From an uncultured Bacteroidales bacterium (GTDB taxonomy: Bacteria; Bacteroidota; Bacteroidia; Bacteroidales; Bacteroidaceae), in NCBI GenBank assembly GCA_902801425.1, contig CADCIQ010000002.1:16504-80503 (forward strand): a stretch of DNA of 64,000 nucleotides, in the 5' to 3' direction. A model generated the notes under the pieces. The model had not been told where the DNA came from and ran no database searches. It saw only the letters and a program-made list of their open reading frames with translations. Made by a program: the position numbers and the translations under genes. Shown here one piece after another: positions 50,228 to 61,074 of this stretch; the stretch's first letter is position 1, and every line of letters begins with the position of its first letter.

Positions 50228-50929
50228 TTAATTCTTACGTGGGTCAATAAATTTAACTGCACCGTCCTCTTCCTTGGTACGGCCGTAAGTACCTGTTACA
50301 CTCTTGAGTGCCTCGTTAGCGTCAACACCCTTCTTGATAGCGTCCATGAACTTGCCCATGTGAACAAACTCATAACCACATACCTGGTCGTCCTTGTCGA
50401 GGTACTGCTTTGTGATGTAACCCTCTGTGAGCTGGAGGTAACGAGTACCCTTAACCTTTGTGCCATAGAGAGTACCACACTGAGAAACAAGACCCTTACC
50501 GAGATCCTCAAGACCAGCACCGATCATAAGACCACCCTCAGAGAAAGCAGACTGTGTACGACCGTAAACGATCTGGAGGAAGAGCTCACGCATAGCTGTG
50601 TTGATAGCATCACAAACGAGGTCTGTGTTGAGTGCCTCAAGGATTGTCTTGCCTGGAAGAATCTCAGATGCCATAGCAGCTGAGTGAGTCATACCAGAAC
50701 AACCGATTGTCTCAACGAGAGCCTCCTCGATGATACCATCCTTTACGTTCAGAGTCAGCTTACAGCAACCCTGCTGTGGAGCACACCAACCAATACCGTG
50801 TGTAAGACCAGAGATGTCCTTGATTTCCTTAGCCTGAATCCACTTGCCCTCTTCTGGGATTGGAGCTGGTCCGTGGTTAGGACCCTTGGCTACGCAGCAC
50901 ATTTCCTGTACTTCTTTTGAATAAACCAT
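50228..50929 (-). CDS. NifU/IscU-like protein, conserved partner of GGGtGRT
   Basis: GWCAPQQG, ETIGCSGM, DLVCDAIN cysteine motifs. Confidence 0.85.
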   Translation of the reverse strand: MVYSKEVQEMCCVAKGPNHGPAPIPEEGKWIQAKEIKDISGLTHGIGWCAPQQGCCKLTLNVKDGIIEEALVETIGCSGMTHSAAMASEILPGKTILEALNTDLVCDAINTAMRELFLQIVYGRTQSAFSEGGLMIGAGLEDLGKGLVSQCGTLYGTKVKGTRYLQLTEGYITKQYLDKDDQVCGYEFVHMGKFMDAIKKGVDANEALKSVTGTYGRTKEEDGAVKFIDPRKN

Positions 50930-51140
50930 TTTGTTTTTGTATTTATATTTGTTAATATAAGAAAAAGTCCATAGATAAACTTTCAGTCTGCAAAATTAAT
51001 AAAAAGTTCAGAGAAATACCTAAAATTAGTAATAAATTTTCCAAAAATCTCGCACAAATGTAAGTTTTCAGAACTTTTTGATGAGTTATAAAGGAAATTT
51101 TAGTATCTTTGCAAAATAAAGTTTACAATTTTAATGGATA

Positions 51141-51210
51141 AGGCATAAGGACTAAGGTCTAAGGACTAAGGCTTTTGACCTTCGACCTTCGACTTTCGAC
51201 CTTTGACCTC
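51141..51210 (+). repeat. GACTAAG/GACCTTT heptamer element
   Basis: 31-nt identity (ggactaaggtctaaggactaaggcttttgac) with 61134-61164; 22-nt identity near 30776. Confidence 0.8.
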
Positions 51211-51224
51211 AAAACCTCAAAGAT

Positions 51225-51773
51225 ATGACATTTGAAGTAAAAGACGATGCTCTGCGCCAGGCGGCGGGTGAAGGCATGGACGCTTTCATCAGCGTCATCG
51301 TGGATGCTATTAAGCAAGGTGTAGGCGGTGAACTGTCTGCCGAGACTATGCCGAAACTAACAGCCGACCAGATAACGCTCTTAGCCTATATAATGCTTCG
51401 TGACGAGCTCATGGACGGTGGTTTCATACAGCTTATCCACAATGGCTACGGCCCATTCTTCTTCCGAAATCCATTCGACAAGGCTGTGCGTCAATGGGGC
51501 GAGGAGGTACAGAAACTTACGGATGTGAAGGGCAACGAAGACACTAATCTGATAGGTCTCTGTCGTCTGTTGCGTCGTGTTCGCAAATGCTACGACAAGT
51601 ATCATAATCAGATAGAAAAGGAGATGAGCGATGAAGATTTCATGGCTCTCTACGAGCAACTTGACGTCTTCGACGACTTCGATGATGAGTTTGTCTCTAA
51701 CGAGGAAACATATACCGAGGACGTGGCAAGATATGTGGATGAACACCTTTTAGAAATGGTCAAACCCGTTTGA
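51225..51773 (+). CDS. DMP19/DUF4375-family acidic DNA-mimic-like protein
   Basis: DELMDGGFIQLIHNGYG motif; very acidic C-terminus. Confidence 0.8.
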   Translation: MTFEVKDDALRQAAGEGMDAFISVIVDAIKQGVGGELSAETMPKLTADQITLLAYIMLRDELMDGGFIQLIHNGYGPFFFRNPFDKAVRQWGEEVQKLTDVKGNEDTNLIGLCRLLRRVRKCYDKYHNQIEKEMSDEDFMALYEQLDVFDDFDDEFVSNEETYTEDVARYVDEHLLEMVKPV

Positions 51774-51809
51774 CCGAGAAATAAAATATTGGGCTTGCGC
51801 CCATATTCT

Positions 51810-51982
51810 TAGAAAGTAAATTGGAAGGAAATGAAATCAGTAAATTAGGGTCAGTAAATTATAATTTTTAAAATTATTCTTTCTGAAATTAATTTCCCAA
51901 GCGGCGGATGCCGCGTGTAATTTACTGGCTATAATTTACTGCCCATTTACTTTCCAAACAACAATTTAGGAACGCAAGTTCC
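51810..51982 (+). repeat. AGTAAATT-family palindromic element
   Basis: Same layout as 9694-9872. Confidence 0.75.
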
Positions 51983-51996
51983 GTTTTTCTATACTT

Positions 51997-52476
51997 ATGA
52001 ACAAAATTGAACTCGAACTTCGCAAGAAGAGTCCGGTGCAGATAAAGAACAAGAAAGCATCATTCGACTACTTCTTCGTTGACACATACACAGCCGGCAT
52101 AGTATTGACCGGCACAGAGATCAAGTCCATCAGACTTGGTAAGGCTTCCCTCGTTGACACATTCTGCTACATCAACAATGGCGAGATATGGGTCAAGGGA
52201 ATGAATATCAACCCATATTTCTACGGCTCGTACAACAACCACGAGGCGAAGCGTGACCGTAAATTGTTGCTCAACAAGCGTGAGATACGCCGCTTGCAGG
52301 AAGACACCAAGGCTGTGGGATTCACCATCGTCCCTACCCTCGTATTCATCGACGACAAAGGTCGTGCAAAGGTGGATATAGCCCTCTGCCGTGGTAAGAA
52401 GGAATTTGACAAGCGTCAGACTATCAAGGAGAAGCAGGACAAGCGCGAAATGGATCGTGCGATGAAGCATTTCTAA
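51997..52476 (+). CDS. smpB: SsrA-binding protein
   Basis: [35 protein letters not shown]. Confidence 0.97.
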   Translation: MNKIELELRKKSPVQIKNKKASFDYFFVDTYTAGIVLTGTEIKSIRLGKASLVDTFCYINNGEIWVKGMNINPYFYGSYNNHEAKRDRKLLLNKREIRRLQEDTKAVGFTIVPTLVFIDDKGRAKVDIALCRGKKEFDKRQTIKEKQDKREMDRAMKHF

Positions 52477-52517
52477 ATATCCAAACTGAAGAGGCTATGT
52501 CAACGTCACCATAAAAC

Positions 52518-52553
52518 CAATGAGGGTATGCTGAAACTGCATACCCTCATTGA
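52518..52553. terminator. Bidirectional terminator
   Basis: caatgagggtatgc/gcataccctcattg. Confidence 0.8.
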
Positions 52554-52559
52554 TTTTAC

Positions 52560-53042
52560 CTAATCATCTTTATCAACTTTTTCCGAACCCGTCTCACGAC
52601 CATATTCATCGTAATAGGTAGTGATGAGATTTCCGAAGATATCCTCCTTTGTTGTTACCGAACCTGTCGATCTTCCCATTTCATCATAATATGTGGTGGT
52701 AATACGGCCAAAGATGTCCGTCTTGGTTGTTGCAGAGCCTTTCAGACAACCATTTTCGTCGAAATACTCAGTCTTGAGGTTATCGAAGATATCCTTCTTA
52801 GTCGTTGAAGAGCATATTTGCATGCCCATGTCATCATAATAGGTAGTCGTGATTTTGTCGAAGATATCCTTTTGAGTAACAGACGTTCCGACAACAATTC
52901 CATCATAATCATAGTATGTGGTCTTTACCTTTCCAAAGATATCAGGTTTGTCTGTCTTTGAAGAATAGATTGCACGATTAAACTGTGCATTGGCTAATGA
53001 GCAAAACATTGCCATAAAACATAGAATTACAAATTTCTTCAT
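52560..53042 (-). CDS. Exported 25-aa tandem repeat protein
   Basis: Signal peptide plus five DIFG/DxxTTYYDxxG repeats. Confidence 0.75.
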   Translation of the reverse strand: MKKFVILCFMAMFCSLANAQFNRAIYSSKTDKPDIFGKVKTTYYDYDGIVVGTSVTQKDIFDKITTTYYDDMGMQICSSTTKKDIFDNLKTEYFDENGCLKGSATTKTDIFGRITTTYYDEMGRSTGSVTTKEDIFGNLITTYYDEYGRETGSEKVDKDD

Positions 53043-53669
53043 AATCAGTAGTATTTTATTGGATTAATGATTTCTACCGCAAAGGTAGTGACAAAAACAA
53101 TGTCATACAAGGAATTATCCCTAAAGGCTGATAGGGGATTCCCCATGCATCCCTACCCTCGTTCTCATACCCTTGCGTTTTATTCATCTCCATTTTCCAT
53201 CCCAAATATTTGGCGATTCCGAAGATTGAAGAGCGTGACCAACATTTCCTAATTCCCCGTTGTCTTGTTATCGGTTCCCTTTGCCTCCCATCAGGAAATG
53301 GGACTTACATGGGAGTCACATAGGACTTACATGGGACTTACCTCAGACGCTTCCAAGCAATTCATGTCCCCGAATCCTGTTTCTTTTTTCAAGTGACAAC
53401 GTGCTTTGCACCTCGCACGTAGTCAAAAGTGCGTGTCAGCCCAAAGGCTGGTGCACGTCCTTTGGTTTGACAAGTGCAAAGTTACTAAATCCTGAATTGG
53501 CGGTTAGGACTTAGCATGAGTTAGCGTACAATAGCAGGACATTTTCCTTGTTTTTTCTGAAACGCGAAGACGCAAAGTCGCAAAGTTTTTATGGCAAGCA
53601 ACAAGCTGTTTTTTTTACTGACAATAACTATTCGCAAGTTCACCAACTTCGCAGTTCTTCGCAGTCTCA

Positions 53670-53942
53670 TCAAGCTAAAGCAAGTGCCCAATCTTCAACA
53701 ATCTCGTCCAAATGGTGCTTTTCTACACCAGATGGGTCGATAAAGTGGTTTATTTGGCCGGGAAATTTGAGGAAACGATTGTTGCAATAAATGACCTTCA
53801 CGCCTCGTAGATGAGAGACAAATGCCGAAAATGGCATCGGAGAGATAGTTTTACGCGTCTCAAGCGACAAAAATTTGATGATTTCTGTACCGTTTTTAAG
53901 TTCCGGCATCTTTGGTGATGTTGATTTTGAAATATCGTACAT
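53670..53942 (-). pseudogene. Fragment resembling Bacteroidales DUF3987/primase-helicase-like proteins
   Basis: SHLRGVKVIYCNN...GQINHFIDPSGVEK looks like a decayed Walker A region (GPSGxGK); recognition from memory only. Confidence 0.4.
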
Positions 53943-53982
53943 TATTGAAATTCAGCTTTTTAGAAGAAATTAAACATAGAGA

Positions 53983-54165
53983 CCGAGCGTGACAGAACAG
54001 AACGAACAGAAGAACAGTTGAATATTTGGAAACACGAATTTTCTTTATCTTTACTTATAACCATCTTATTATTAATTAGTTATAATATATAATATATAGA
54101 AAATAGAGATAAATGTATTGAAAAACACATCTGTTCTACTGTTCTACTGTCACGCTCACGCTCGG
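53983..54165. repeat. Inverted repeat around an AT-rich core
   Basis: ccgagcgtgacagaacagaac / gttctactgtcacgctcacgctcgg. Confidence 0.65.
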
Positions 54166-54394
54166 CCAAGAAAGACTTCTTCCCTATAAGGCCTTTGAGA
54201 CCATTACGCAACTCTTCGCACACCTCGATGGCAAAGATGTCAACGCCAAAGTCGGCATCCATCTTCAGAGGTTTGAAAAAAGGCTAATGCACAAAATGAC
54301 AGAACAACATGAAAAAACGCTGAAAAGAAAAATAAAATTTGGTTATTTGCCATAGAATCATTACTTTTGCAAAAAATATCATCCTAAAAGGAAC

Positions 54395-54721
54395 ATGAAG
54401 AAACTATTACCAATATTCTTCCTGCTATGCTCCGTAGCTGCATTTGCAGAGGAGGAAGTGCAGGATTTACCTGTGGGAAGGGGTGAATGCCTTTCTCCTG
54501 GGATTATTCTTGTGCCTTTCCTGTTATTGGGGATTTGCATGTTTGCAGCACCTTCTCTATATTATTTTGCCAAAAGAAGGGGGAAGATAAACAGGAACAA
54601 TAAGCTGTGGTGGATAATAATTAGTACCCTAGCTGGCATCGCGATAAGTCCTGTTGTGTTATTTCTTATCCTGCTTTTTTGGTGCTTACCACCAATATTA
54701 TTAAATAGTTTTTTTGGATGA
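54395..54721 (+). CDS. Small membrane protein
   Basis: Signal peptide plus two TM; TACTTTTG promoter upstream. Confidence 0.55.
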   Translation: MKKLLPIFFLLCSVAAFAEEEVQDLPVGRGECLSPGIILVPFLLLGICMFAAPSLYYFAKRRGKINRNNKLWWIIISTLAGIAISPVVLFLILLFWCLPPILLNSFFG

Positions 54722-54750
54722 TGTATCTTTGCGACTAAATTAAAAAGATT

Positions 54751-56259
54751 ATGAAGATAAAGAGACTATTCGGCTTGTTGTTAGCGAGTATAGGGGCTGT
54801 TTCGGCTTACGGTCAGGTGAGCGATTTGGAAAAGCTGAAACAGGAGGGGCGTGACCTCATACACATGGAGAAATACCATGAGGCCTTGACTAAATTCAAT
54901 GAGGTTCTGAATGTTTCGCCTAATGAACAGGAAGCCATGTATGAGAAGGCTTTCTGCCTGTCAAAGCTAAAGGCGAACAGGGAAGCAAAAGAGATTCTTG
55001 AAGAAAGCATCAAGATAAAAGACAGACCATATTCATTACTACATGAATATAACTTGCTTGGAAATCTTTACAGCGACGAAGGCCGTCAATTAGAGGCTAT
55101 AGAATGCTATGAGAAAGCTATACCTCTCTTGGAGCCCGGAAGCAATGTAATAGCAGCAAAGCTGTATCACAATATCTCTAATGAGCTGTTCGGCCTATCG
55201 GCAGAGAATAGGGAAAAGAGGAAAGACTGGGACATGGAGGCCTTGAATTATGCCGGTATGGCCATTAAGCATTTACCTATTCATTCCAATGCTTATTATA
55301 TAGTCGGGAATATTCTTTCCACCAAGAAGGCATACTATCAGGCTCTTTCCTTTTATGTAATATCTGCTTTGTTCTCTGGCAAAGGAACAGTAGACATAGA
55401 GGATGACCTTGCTACATGGCAAAGCATGGGATTGGTTCTGGAATGTGGCGATGAGACTGTTATGGCCTTCAATATAGTGAATGAACTGATGCAGAAGAAA
55501 CCATCGGAATACGGGAAACTGTATGATGTGTTTTCTGCCGTGTTTTCAGGAGCTATGAAACATAGTAATGAAACGCCCCTTCCTGTGGCTTACTCAGGAG
55601 ACACATGGGAACAGTCACTTCTTCCTTTCCTTGCTGAGCTATCACGCAAGGGGCTTTTAGAGTGCTTTTGTCATCTTGCAATGGTTAATTCAAGGAAGTA
55701 TGGCATGGCTAATGAGAAATGGCTTGAGAAGAATGATGATAAGTGCAAGGAGTTAAATAAATACATAAATGACACCAAGATATTTGATGATAATCTTGAC
55801 ATGGGCTTTATTCCTGAGCCTTTCGACTTCAAGACGGCTGAGGAAGCGCATAAGCATATCACCGATGCAATGGGGTGTTGCAGATACTATGTGTCTCATT
55901 TCCTGAATGACCCCAAGATGGAAGAAGCGAAGAAATACATAACATCGTGGAGTGCCGTGTCTTCTGATGTGAAGATAAAGACTGGTCCGACTGAAGAAAA
56001 GATTTTCTCTCGTCATCCAGAATTGCAGACATTCTACAATGCTGCATGTATTTCCTATGCCTTATCGAGAAAAGAATCTGAATTCTCAACGAAAGCCTAT
56101 TCTTGCGGATTGTATGTGATTGCGTGGGCTTATCCTCTCTTGAAGAAGGAAAAGAACATTGCCACGGATGATGAGCTGGAGAGGCTTTGCGAGCTATATA
56201 ACAACGATAAGGAAGGGTTTGAGAAATACGCGGAAGAGAATTACAGCAGGATTAGGTGA
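54751..56259 (+). CDS. Exported TPR-repeat protein
   Basis: Signal peptide; TPR patterns (YNLLGNLY...EAIECYEKA). Confidence 0.75.
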   Translation: MKIKRLFGLLLASIGAVSAYGQVSDLEKLKQEGRDLIHMEKYHEALTKFNEVLNVSPNEQEAMYEKAFCLSKLKANREAKEILEESIKIKDRPYSLLHEYNLLGNLYSDEGRQLEAIECYEKAIPLLEPGSNVIAAKLYHNISNELFGLSAENREKRKDWDMEALNYAGMAIKHLPIHSNAYYIVGNILSTKKAYYQALSFYVISALFSGKGTVDIEDDLATWQSMGLVLECGDETVMAFNIVNELMQKKPSEYGKLYDVFSAVFSGAMKHSNETPLPVAYSGDTWEQSLLPFLAELSRKGLLECFCHLAMVNSRKYGMANEKWLEKNDDKCKELNKYINDTKIFDDNLDMGFIPEPFDFKTAEEAHKHITDAMGCCRYYVSHFLNDPKMEEAKKYITSWSAVSSDVKIKTGPTEEKIFSRHPELQTFYNAACISYALSRKESEFSTKAYSCGLYVIAWAYPLLKKEKNIATDDELERLCELYNNDKEGFEKYAEENYSRIR

Positions 56260-56336
56260 TGGATGAGCTGCCAAACTCGGCGGCTTTACACGATGCCACG
56301 CTGCAATAAATCAATATGGAATGCGTTTTAATAATA

Positions 56337-58742
56337 ATGAAACGTATTTTCCTTCTATATACAATATCTTTGATATGCTGCCTGTCGGCTACGGCACAGG
56401 ACTTCGTTCTGACCGGAAAGGTGATGGACGGGCAGGAGAATGCAATAGAACTTGCATCCGTGAGCTGTGTGGCTCAAGGCAAGGCTACTATGACTAACCT
56501 ACGTGGCGAGTTCTCCTTGTCGCTGAGGTCAGCAGATTCCGTGGTGATACGTTTCTCAATGATCGGCTATAAGACCAAGACAAGGGTGCTGCGCCGTCCG
56601 AAGGGAAGACAGAACCTACAGATACAACTCTATGAGGATGAGCAGTTTCTGGATGGCGTCGAGGTGGTAAAGAGAAAGCGTAGCACATCTACCACAGAGG
56701 AGATAAGCACCAAGGACATGAAGACGGCTCCGTCGGCTTCAGGAAACGCCGTAGAAGAGCTTATTCAGCAACAGGCGGGCGTGAGTACCCATAGCGAACT
56801 TTCATCGCAGTATAACGTGCGTGGAGGCGCATTCGACGAGAATTTCGTGTATATCAACAACGTGGAGGTGTATCGTCCGTTCCTCGTGCGCAGCGGTCAG
56901 CAGGAAGGACTTTCAATCATCAATCCCGATATGGTGGGTAAGATAGGATTCTCAACGGGTGGATTCGAGGCAAAGTATGGTGACAAGATGTCATCAGCCT
57001 TGGATATAACCTACCGTCGTCCGGAGAAGTTTGAGGCTAACGTACAGACAAGTCTGCTTGGCGCGAGTGGTTACATAGGCTTTAGCAACAAGAAATTCGC
57101 ATGGGCTAACGGCATTCGCTACAAGACCACGAAAGCCTTGCTGAAGACATTCCAGACAGAGGGAGAATATGATCCTAACTTCATAGACTATCAGACATAC
57201 ATGAGCTATATGCCGAACAAGCGTTGGCAGATAGATTTCATAGGAAACATCAGCCAGTCGAAGTATAACTTCACGCCTTCTACACGCGAGACGAGTTTCG
57301 GTACTCAAGAGAACGTGAGGGAGTTCAAGGTTTATTTCGACGGTTGGGAAAGGGATTTGTTCCGCACCTATTTCGGCACTTTAAACATTAAGCGTAACAT
57401 CACCAATAACACGTACTTATCTCTTATCGGTTCAGCTTTTTCTACGAAGGAGCAGGAGAAATACGACATACAGGGAGAGTACTGGCTGACGGAATCGGGC
57501 AGTAGCGACGCGCTTGGCGTGGGTACATACGCAGAGCATGCGAGAAACTATCTGAAGGCTAACGTGGCGAGCGCAAAACTGATGCTGGAGCATAAGACGA
57601 GAATGCACAATGTGCAGTCGGGATTGACAATGAAATGGGAACATGTGGAAGAACAGTCTCGTGAGTATGAGATGCGTGACTCCTCTGGCTTTGTAATTCC
57701 GCATACAGGTAATTCCCTCAACATGATCTACACCCTTTCAGCCAGGAACAAGCTCGATGCCCGCAGAACGGAGTTCTACATTCAGGATGCGTGGAAATTT
57801 GAGCGTGGAGGAAAGAAGGACGAGGATGGCAAGGAGATAGAGCCCCCTACCCTATACACGCTCAACTATGGCGTGAGGTTCTCGAACTGGTCGTTTACGA
57901 AGGAAAGCCTATTCTCTCCACGTGCATCATTGGCAATCATTCCGGGATATAATCAGGATCTGATGTTCCGCTTTGCGGCTGGTATCTATTATCAGGCACC
58001 TTTCTATAAGGAACTGAGAGACACCACCACCATCGACGGCACTACATACGCTACGCTGAACAATAAGCTGAAGTCACAGAAGTCAATTCACTTCATCGCG
58101 GCTCTCGACTACCGTTTCCAGATGATGGGACGCTCTTTCAAGTTCACGACAGAGGCTTATTACAAGGCACTTTCCAACCTCGTGCCATATAGCGTGAACA
58201 ACGTGAAAGTGGTTTACTATGGCACTAACGAGGCTTCAGGACACATTGCAGGTGTAGATTTCAAGCTCTATGGTGAATTTGTTCCTGGTACAGACTCATG
58301 GGTTACCCTCTCGCTGATGAACACGAGGATGAAGCTCAACGGCGTGAGTATTCCATTGCCAACAGACCAGAGATATTCCATAAACATGAGTTTCTCGGAC
58401 TATTTCCCAAATACAGACAGATGGAAGATGCAACTCAAGCTAGCCTTTGCCGACGGCCTGCCTTTCAGCGCACCTCACAAGCCACTTGAACAGTTGAACT
58501 TCCGTGCTCCAGCCTATCGCCGTATAGATATAGGTATGAGCTATCGTGCATTCAAGAACGACAAGCGCGAAAAGTTCAGCCCATTCAAGAATATCTGGTT
58601 AGGGATTGATTGTCTTAACATCCTTGGCATCAACAACGTGAACTCATACTACTGGGTGACGGATATACAGAACACACAGTATGCCGTGCCAAACTTCCTC
58701 ACGGGAAGGCAGGTGAATGGCAAGGTGATTGTGGAGTTCTAA
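56337..58742 (+). CDS. TonB-dependent outer-membrane receptor
   Basis: Carboxypeptidase-regulatory-like N-domain, plug YNVRGG...FSTGGFEAKYG, C-terminal F. Confidence 0.88.
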   Translation: MKRIFLLYTISLICCLSATAQDFVLTGKVMDGQENAIELASVSCVAQGKATMTNLRGEFSLSLRSADSVVIRFSMIGYKTKTRVLRRPKGRQNLQIQLYEDEQFLDGVEVVKRKRSTSTTEEISTKDMKTAPSASGNAVEELIQQQAGVSTHSELSSQYNVRGGAFDENFVYINNVEVYRPFLVRSGQQEGLSIINPDMVGKIGFSTGGFEAKYGDKMSSALDITYRRPEKFEANVQTSLLGASGYIGFSNKKFAWANGIRYKTTKALLKTFQTEGEYDPNFIDYQTYMSYMPNKRWQIDFIGNISQSKYNFTPSTRETSFGTQENVREFKVYFDGWERDLFRTYFGTLNIKRNITNNTYLSLIGSAFSTKEQEKYDIQGEYWLTESGSSDALGVGTYAEHARNYLKANVASAKLMLEHKTRMHNVQSGLTMKWEHVEEQSREYEMRDSSGFVIPHTGNSLNMIYTLSARNKLDARRTEFYIQDAWKFERGGKKDEDGKEIEPPTLYTLNYGVRFSNWSFTKESLFSPRASLAIIPGYNQDLMFRFAAGIYYQAPFYKELRDTTTIDGTTYATLNNKLKSQKSIHFIAALDYRFQMMGRSFKFTTEAYYKALSNLVPYSVNNVKVVYYGTNEASGHIAGVDFKLYGEFVPGTDSWVTLSLMNTRMKLNGVSIPLPTDQRYSINMSFSDYFPNTDRWKMQLKLAFADGLPFSAPHKPLEQLNFRAPAYRRIDIGMSYRAFKNDKREKFSPFKNIWLGIDCLNILGINNVNSYYWVTDIQNTQYAVPNFLTGRQVNGKVIVEF

Positions 58743-58745
58743 GAA

Positions 58746-58846
58746 AGGGAAAAGTAAAAAATAAAAAGCAAAAAGTATGATTACGCTTTAAGCGAATAGG
58801 CTTGTCCTGCAACTTTTTGCTTTTTATTTTTTACTTTTTCCTTTTT
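58746..58846. repeat. AAAAAGT-family palindromic element
   Basis: ggaaaagtaaaaaataaaaagcaaaaag / ctttttgctttttattttttactttttcc. Confidence 0.7.
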
Positions 58847-58951
58847 TTCGGTATAATATTTTCTTTGTTTCAAAATAAATTATTATCTTTGCATCGTTAT
58901 TTCGACTAATAATTTACAATAAACAATTAATAACCAAACAGAATAACTAAA

Positions 58952-59365
58952 ATGAAAATTTCACGTATTGACCATCTGGGCATTGGCGTCCAGAGTATTG
59001 AGGAAGTACTTCCTTTTTTCGAGAATGTACTTGGTCTGAAATGCTATGCCATTGAGGAGGTAGCAGATCAGAAGGTTAAGACTGCTTTCCTAAAAGTCGG
59101 TGAGACAAAGATAGAATTGCTTGAGCCTACAAGTCCAGAGAGTGCCGTTGCAAAATGGCTTGAGAAGGGTGGCAAGGGCGTTCACCACGTTGCATTTGCC
59201 GTTGAGGACGGTGTTGCAGAAGCACTTGTAGAGGCAGAGGGCAAGGGCATCCGCCTCATAGATAAGGAGCCACGACTCGGTGCTGAGAATATGATGATTG
59301 GTTTCCTGCATCCAAAGATGACGGCGGGAATATTAACAGAACTGTGTGAGCCGAAAAAAGCCTAA
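58952..59365 (+). CDS. mce: Methylmalonyl-CoA epimerase
   Basis: IDHLGIGV, QKVKTAF, IELLEP, HHVAF, FLHPK, ELCE. Confidence 0.93.
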   Translation: MKISRIDHLGIGVQSIEEVLPFFENVLGLKCYAIEEVADQKVKTAFLKVGETKIELLEPTSPESAVAKWLEKGGKGVHHVAFAVEDGVAEALVEAEGKGIRLIDKEPRLGAENMMIGFLHPKMTAGILTELCEPKKA

Positions 59366-59370
59366 CCTTT

Positions 59371-59490
59371 TAAATGAAAAATGAAAAATTATAAAATGAA
59401 AAATACAAATTAGTATTTTCGTTTATAACCATTACACAAAAAAATGTAATCTGTATTTTATAATTTTTCATTGTTCATTTTTCATTTAAA
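59371..59490 (+). repeat. ATGAAAA-family palindromic element
   Basis: Matches 34692-34805. Confidence 0.8.
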
Positions 59491-59500
59491 TATTAATAAG

Positions 59501-61066
59501 ATGTCAAAGCAAGTAGAAAACATAAAGAAGCTTTTAGCAAAGCGCGAACAAGCTCGTCTGGGCGGTGGTGAGAAAGCCATAGAGAAACAGCACGAGCGTG
59601 GTAAATATACAGCCCGTGAACGTATCGACATGCTGTTGGACGAGGGCTCATTCGAGGAGTATGACGCATTCAAGTTGCATCGCTGTCATAACTTCGGCAT
59701 GGAGAAGAAGCAATACCTCGGCGATGGTGTGGTAGTAGGTTCTGGTACTATTGACGGTCGTCTGGTGTATGTATTCGCACAGGATTTCACCGTAAACGGC
59801 GGTTCTCTATCAAAGACCATGTCAGAGAAGATATGCAAGGTGATGGATATGGCTATGACCATGGGTGCTCCATGTATCGGCATCAACGACTCAGGTGGTG
59901 CACGTATTCAGGAGGCTATCGACGCCCTTGCCGGATATGGAGAGATATTCGAGCGTAACATCCTCGCTTCAGGTGTAGTTCCGCAGATTTCGATGATATA
60001 CGGTCCTTGTGCCGGTGGTGCAGTATATTCCCCTGCCCTTACAGACTTCACTCTGATGATGGAAGGCACATCCTATATGTTCCTTACAGGTCCAGCCGTT
60101 GTAAAGACAGTGACAGGCGAGAATGTTGACGCAGAGCATCTCGGAGGTGCAAGCGTACACGCAAGCAAGTCAGGCGTTACCCACTTTACAGCAAAGACAG
60201 AGGAAGAGGGTATCGAGATGATAAAGACTCTTATCTCATACATCCCTTCAAACAATATGGAGGAGGCTCCACGCAAGGAATGTGATGACCCTGTGGATCG
60301 TATGGACGACTCCCTGAACGAGATTATCCCAGAAGATCCTAATCAGGCATACGATATGTATAAGGTAATAGCAGCCATTACCGACAACGGCGAGTTCTTC
60401 GAGGTTCAGCCAAAGTTCGCCAAGAATATCATCATTGGCTTTGCACGCTTCAACGGACAGTCAGTAGGTATCGTTGCAAACCAGCCTTCAGCATACGCAG
60501 GTGTGCTTGATGTGAACGCTTCACGTAAGGGGGCACGCTTTGTCCGCTTCTGCGATGCCTTCAATATTCCTATCGTGAGTCTCGTGGATGTACCGGGCTT
60601 CCTTCCAGGTACAGGTCAGGAGTACAATGCTGTTATCCTTCATGGTGCTAAGCTGCTCTACGCATACGGAGAGGCAACCGTTCCAAAGGTGACAATCACG
60701 TTGCGTAAGTCATACGGCGGTTCACACATTGTGATGGGTTGTAAGCAGTTACGTGCAGACATTAACCTTGCATGGCCAAGTGCTGAGATTGCCGTTATGG
60801 GTGCTGCTGGTGCCGTTGCCGTACTTCAGGCTAAGGAAGCAAAGAAAATCAAGGAAGAAGGTGGTGATGTGAAGGCATTCCTCGCAGAGAAGGAGGCAGA
60901 GTATCAGGAACTCTTCGCAAATCCTTATCAGGCAGCTCAGTTCGGATACATTGATGATGTAATCGAGCCACGCAACACACGTTTCCGCATCTGTCGCGCA
61001 TTAGCTCAGTTGGCTACAAAGCGCCAGTCTTTGCCTGCAAAGAAGCATGGATGTATTCCGATGTAA
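59501..61066 (+). CDS. mmdA: Methylmalonyl-CoA decarboxylase alpha / acyl-CoA carboxyltransferase
   Basis: DSGGARIQE, GPCAGGAVYSP, VDVPGFLPG; start moved to MSKQ. Confidence 0.9.
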   Translation: MSKQVENIKKLLAKREQARLGGGEKAIEKQHERGKYTARERIDMLLDEGSFEEYDAFKLHRCHNFGMEKKQYLGDGVVVGSGTIDGRLVYVFAQDFTVNGGSLSKTMSEKICKVMDMAMTMGAPCIGINDSGGARIQEAIDALAGYGEIFERNILASGVVPQISMIYGPCAGGAVYSPALTDFTLMMEGTSYMFLTGPAVVKTVTGENVDAEHLGGASVHASKSGVTHFTAKTEEEGIEMIKTLISYIPSNNMEEAPRKECDDPVDRMDDSLNEIIPEDPNQAYDMYKVIAAITDNGEFFEVQPKFAKNIIIGFARFNGQSVGIVANQPSAYAGVLDVNASRKGARFVRFCDAFNIPIVSLVDVPGFLPGTGQEYNAVILHGAKLLYAYGEATVPKVTITLRKSYGGSHIVMGCKQLRADINLAWPSAEIAVMGAAGAVAVLQAKEAKKIKEEGGDVKAFLAEKEAEYQELFANPYQAAQFGYIDDVIEPRNTRFRICRALAQLATKRQSLPAKKHGCIPM

Positions 61067-61074
61067 GAGTTCCC

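Noticed and set aside
56260-56336. Riboswitch upstream of the TonB-dependent receptor
   Set aside because: Gap too short; no cobalamin or TPP motifs
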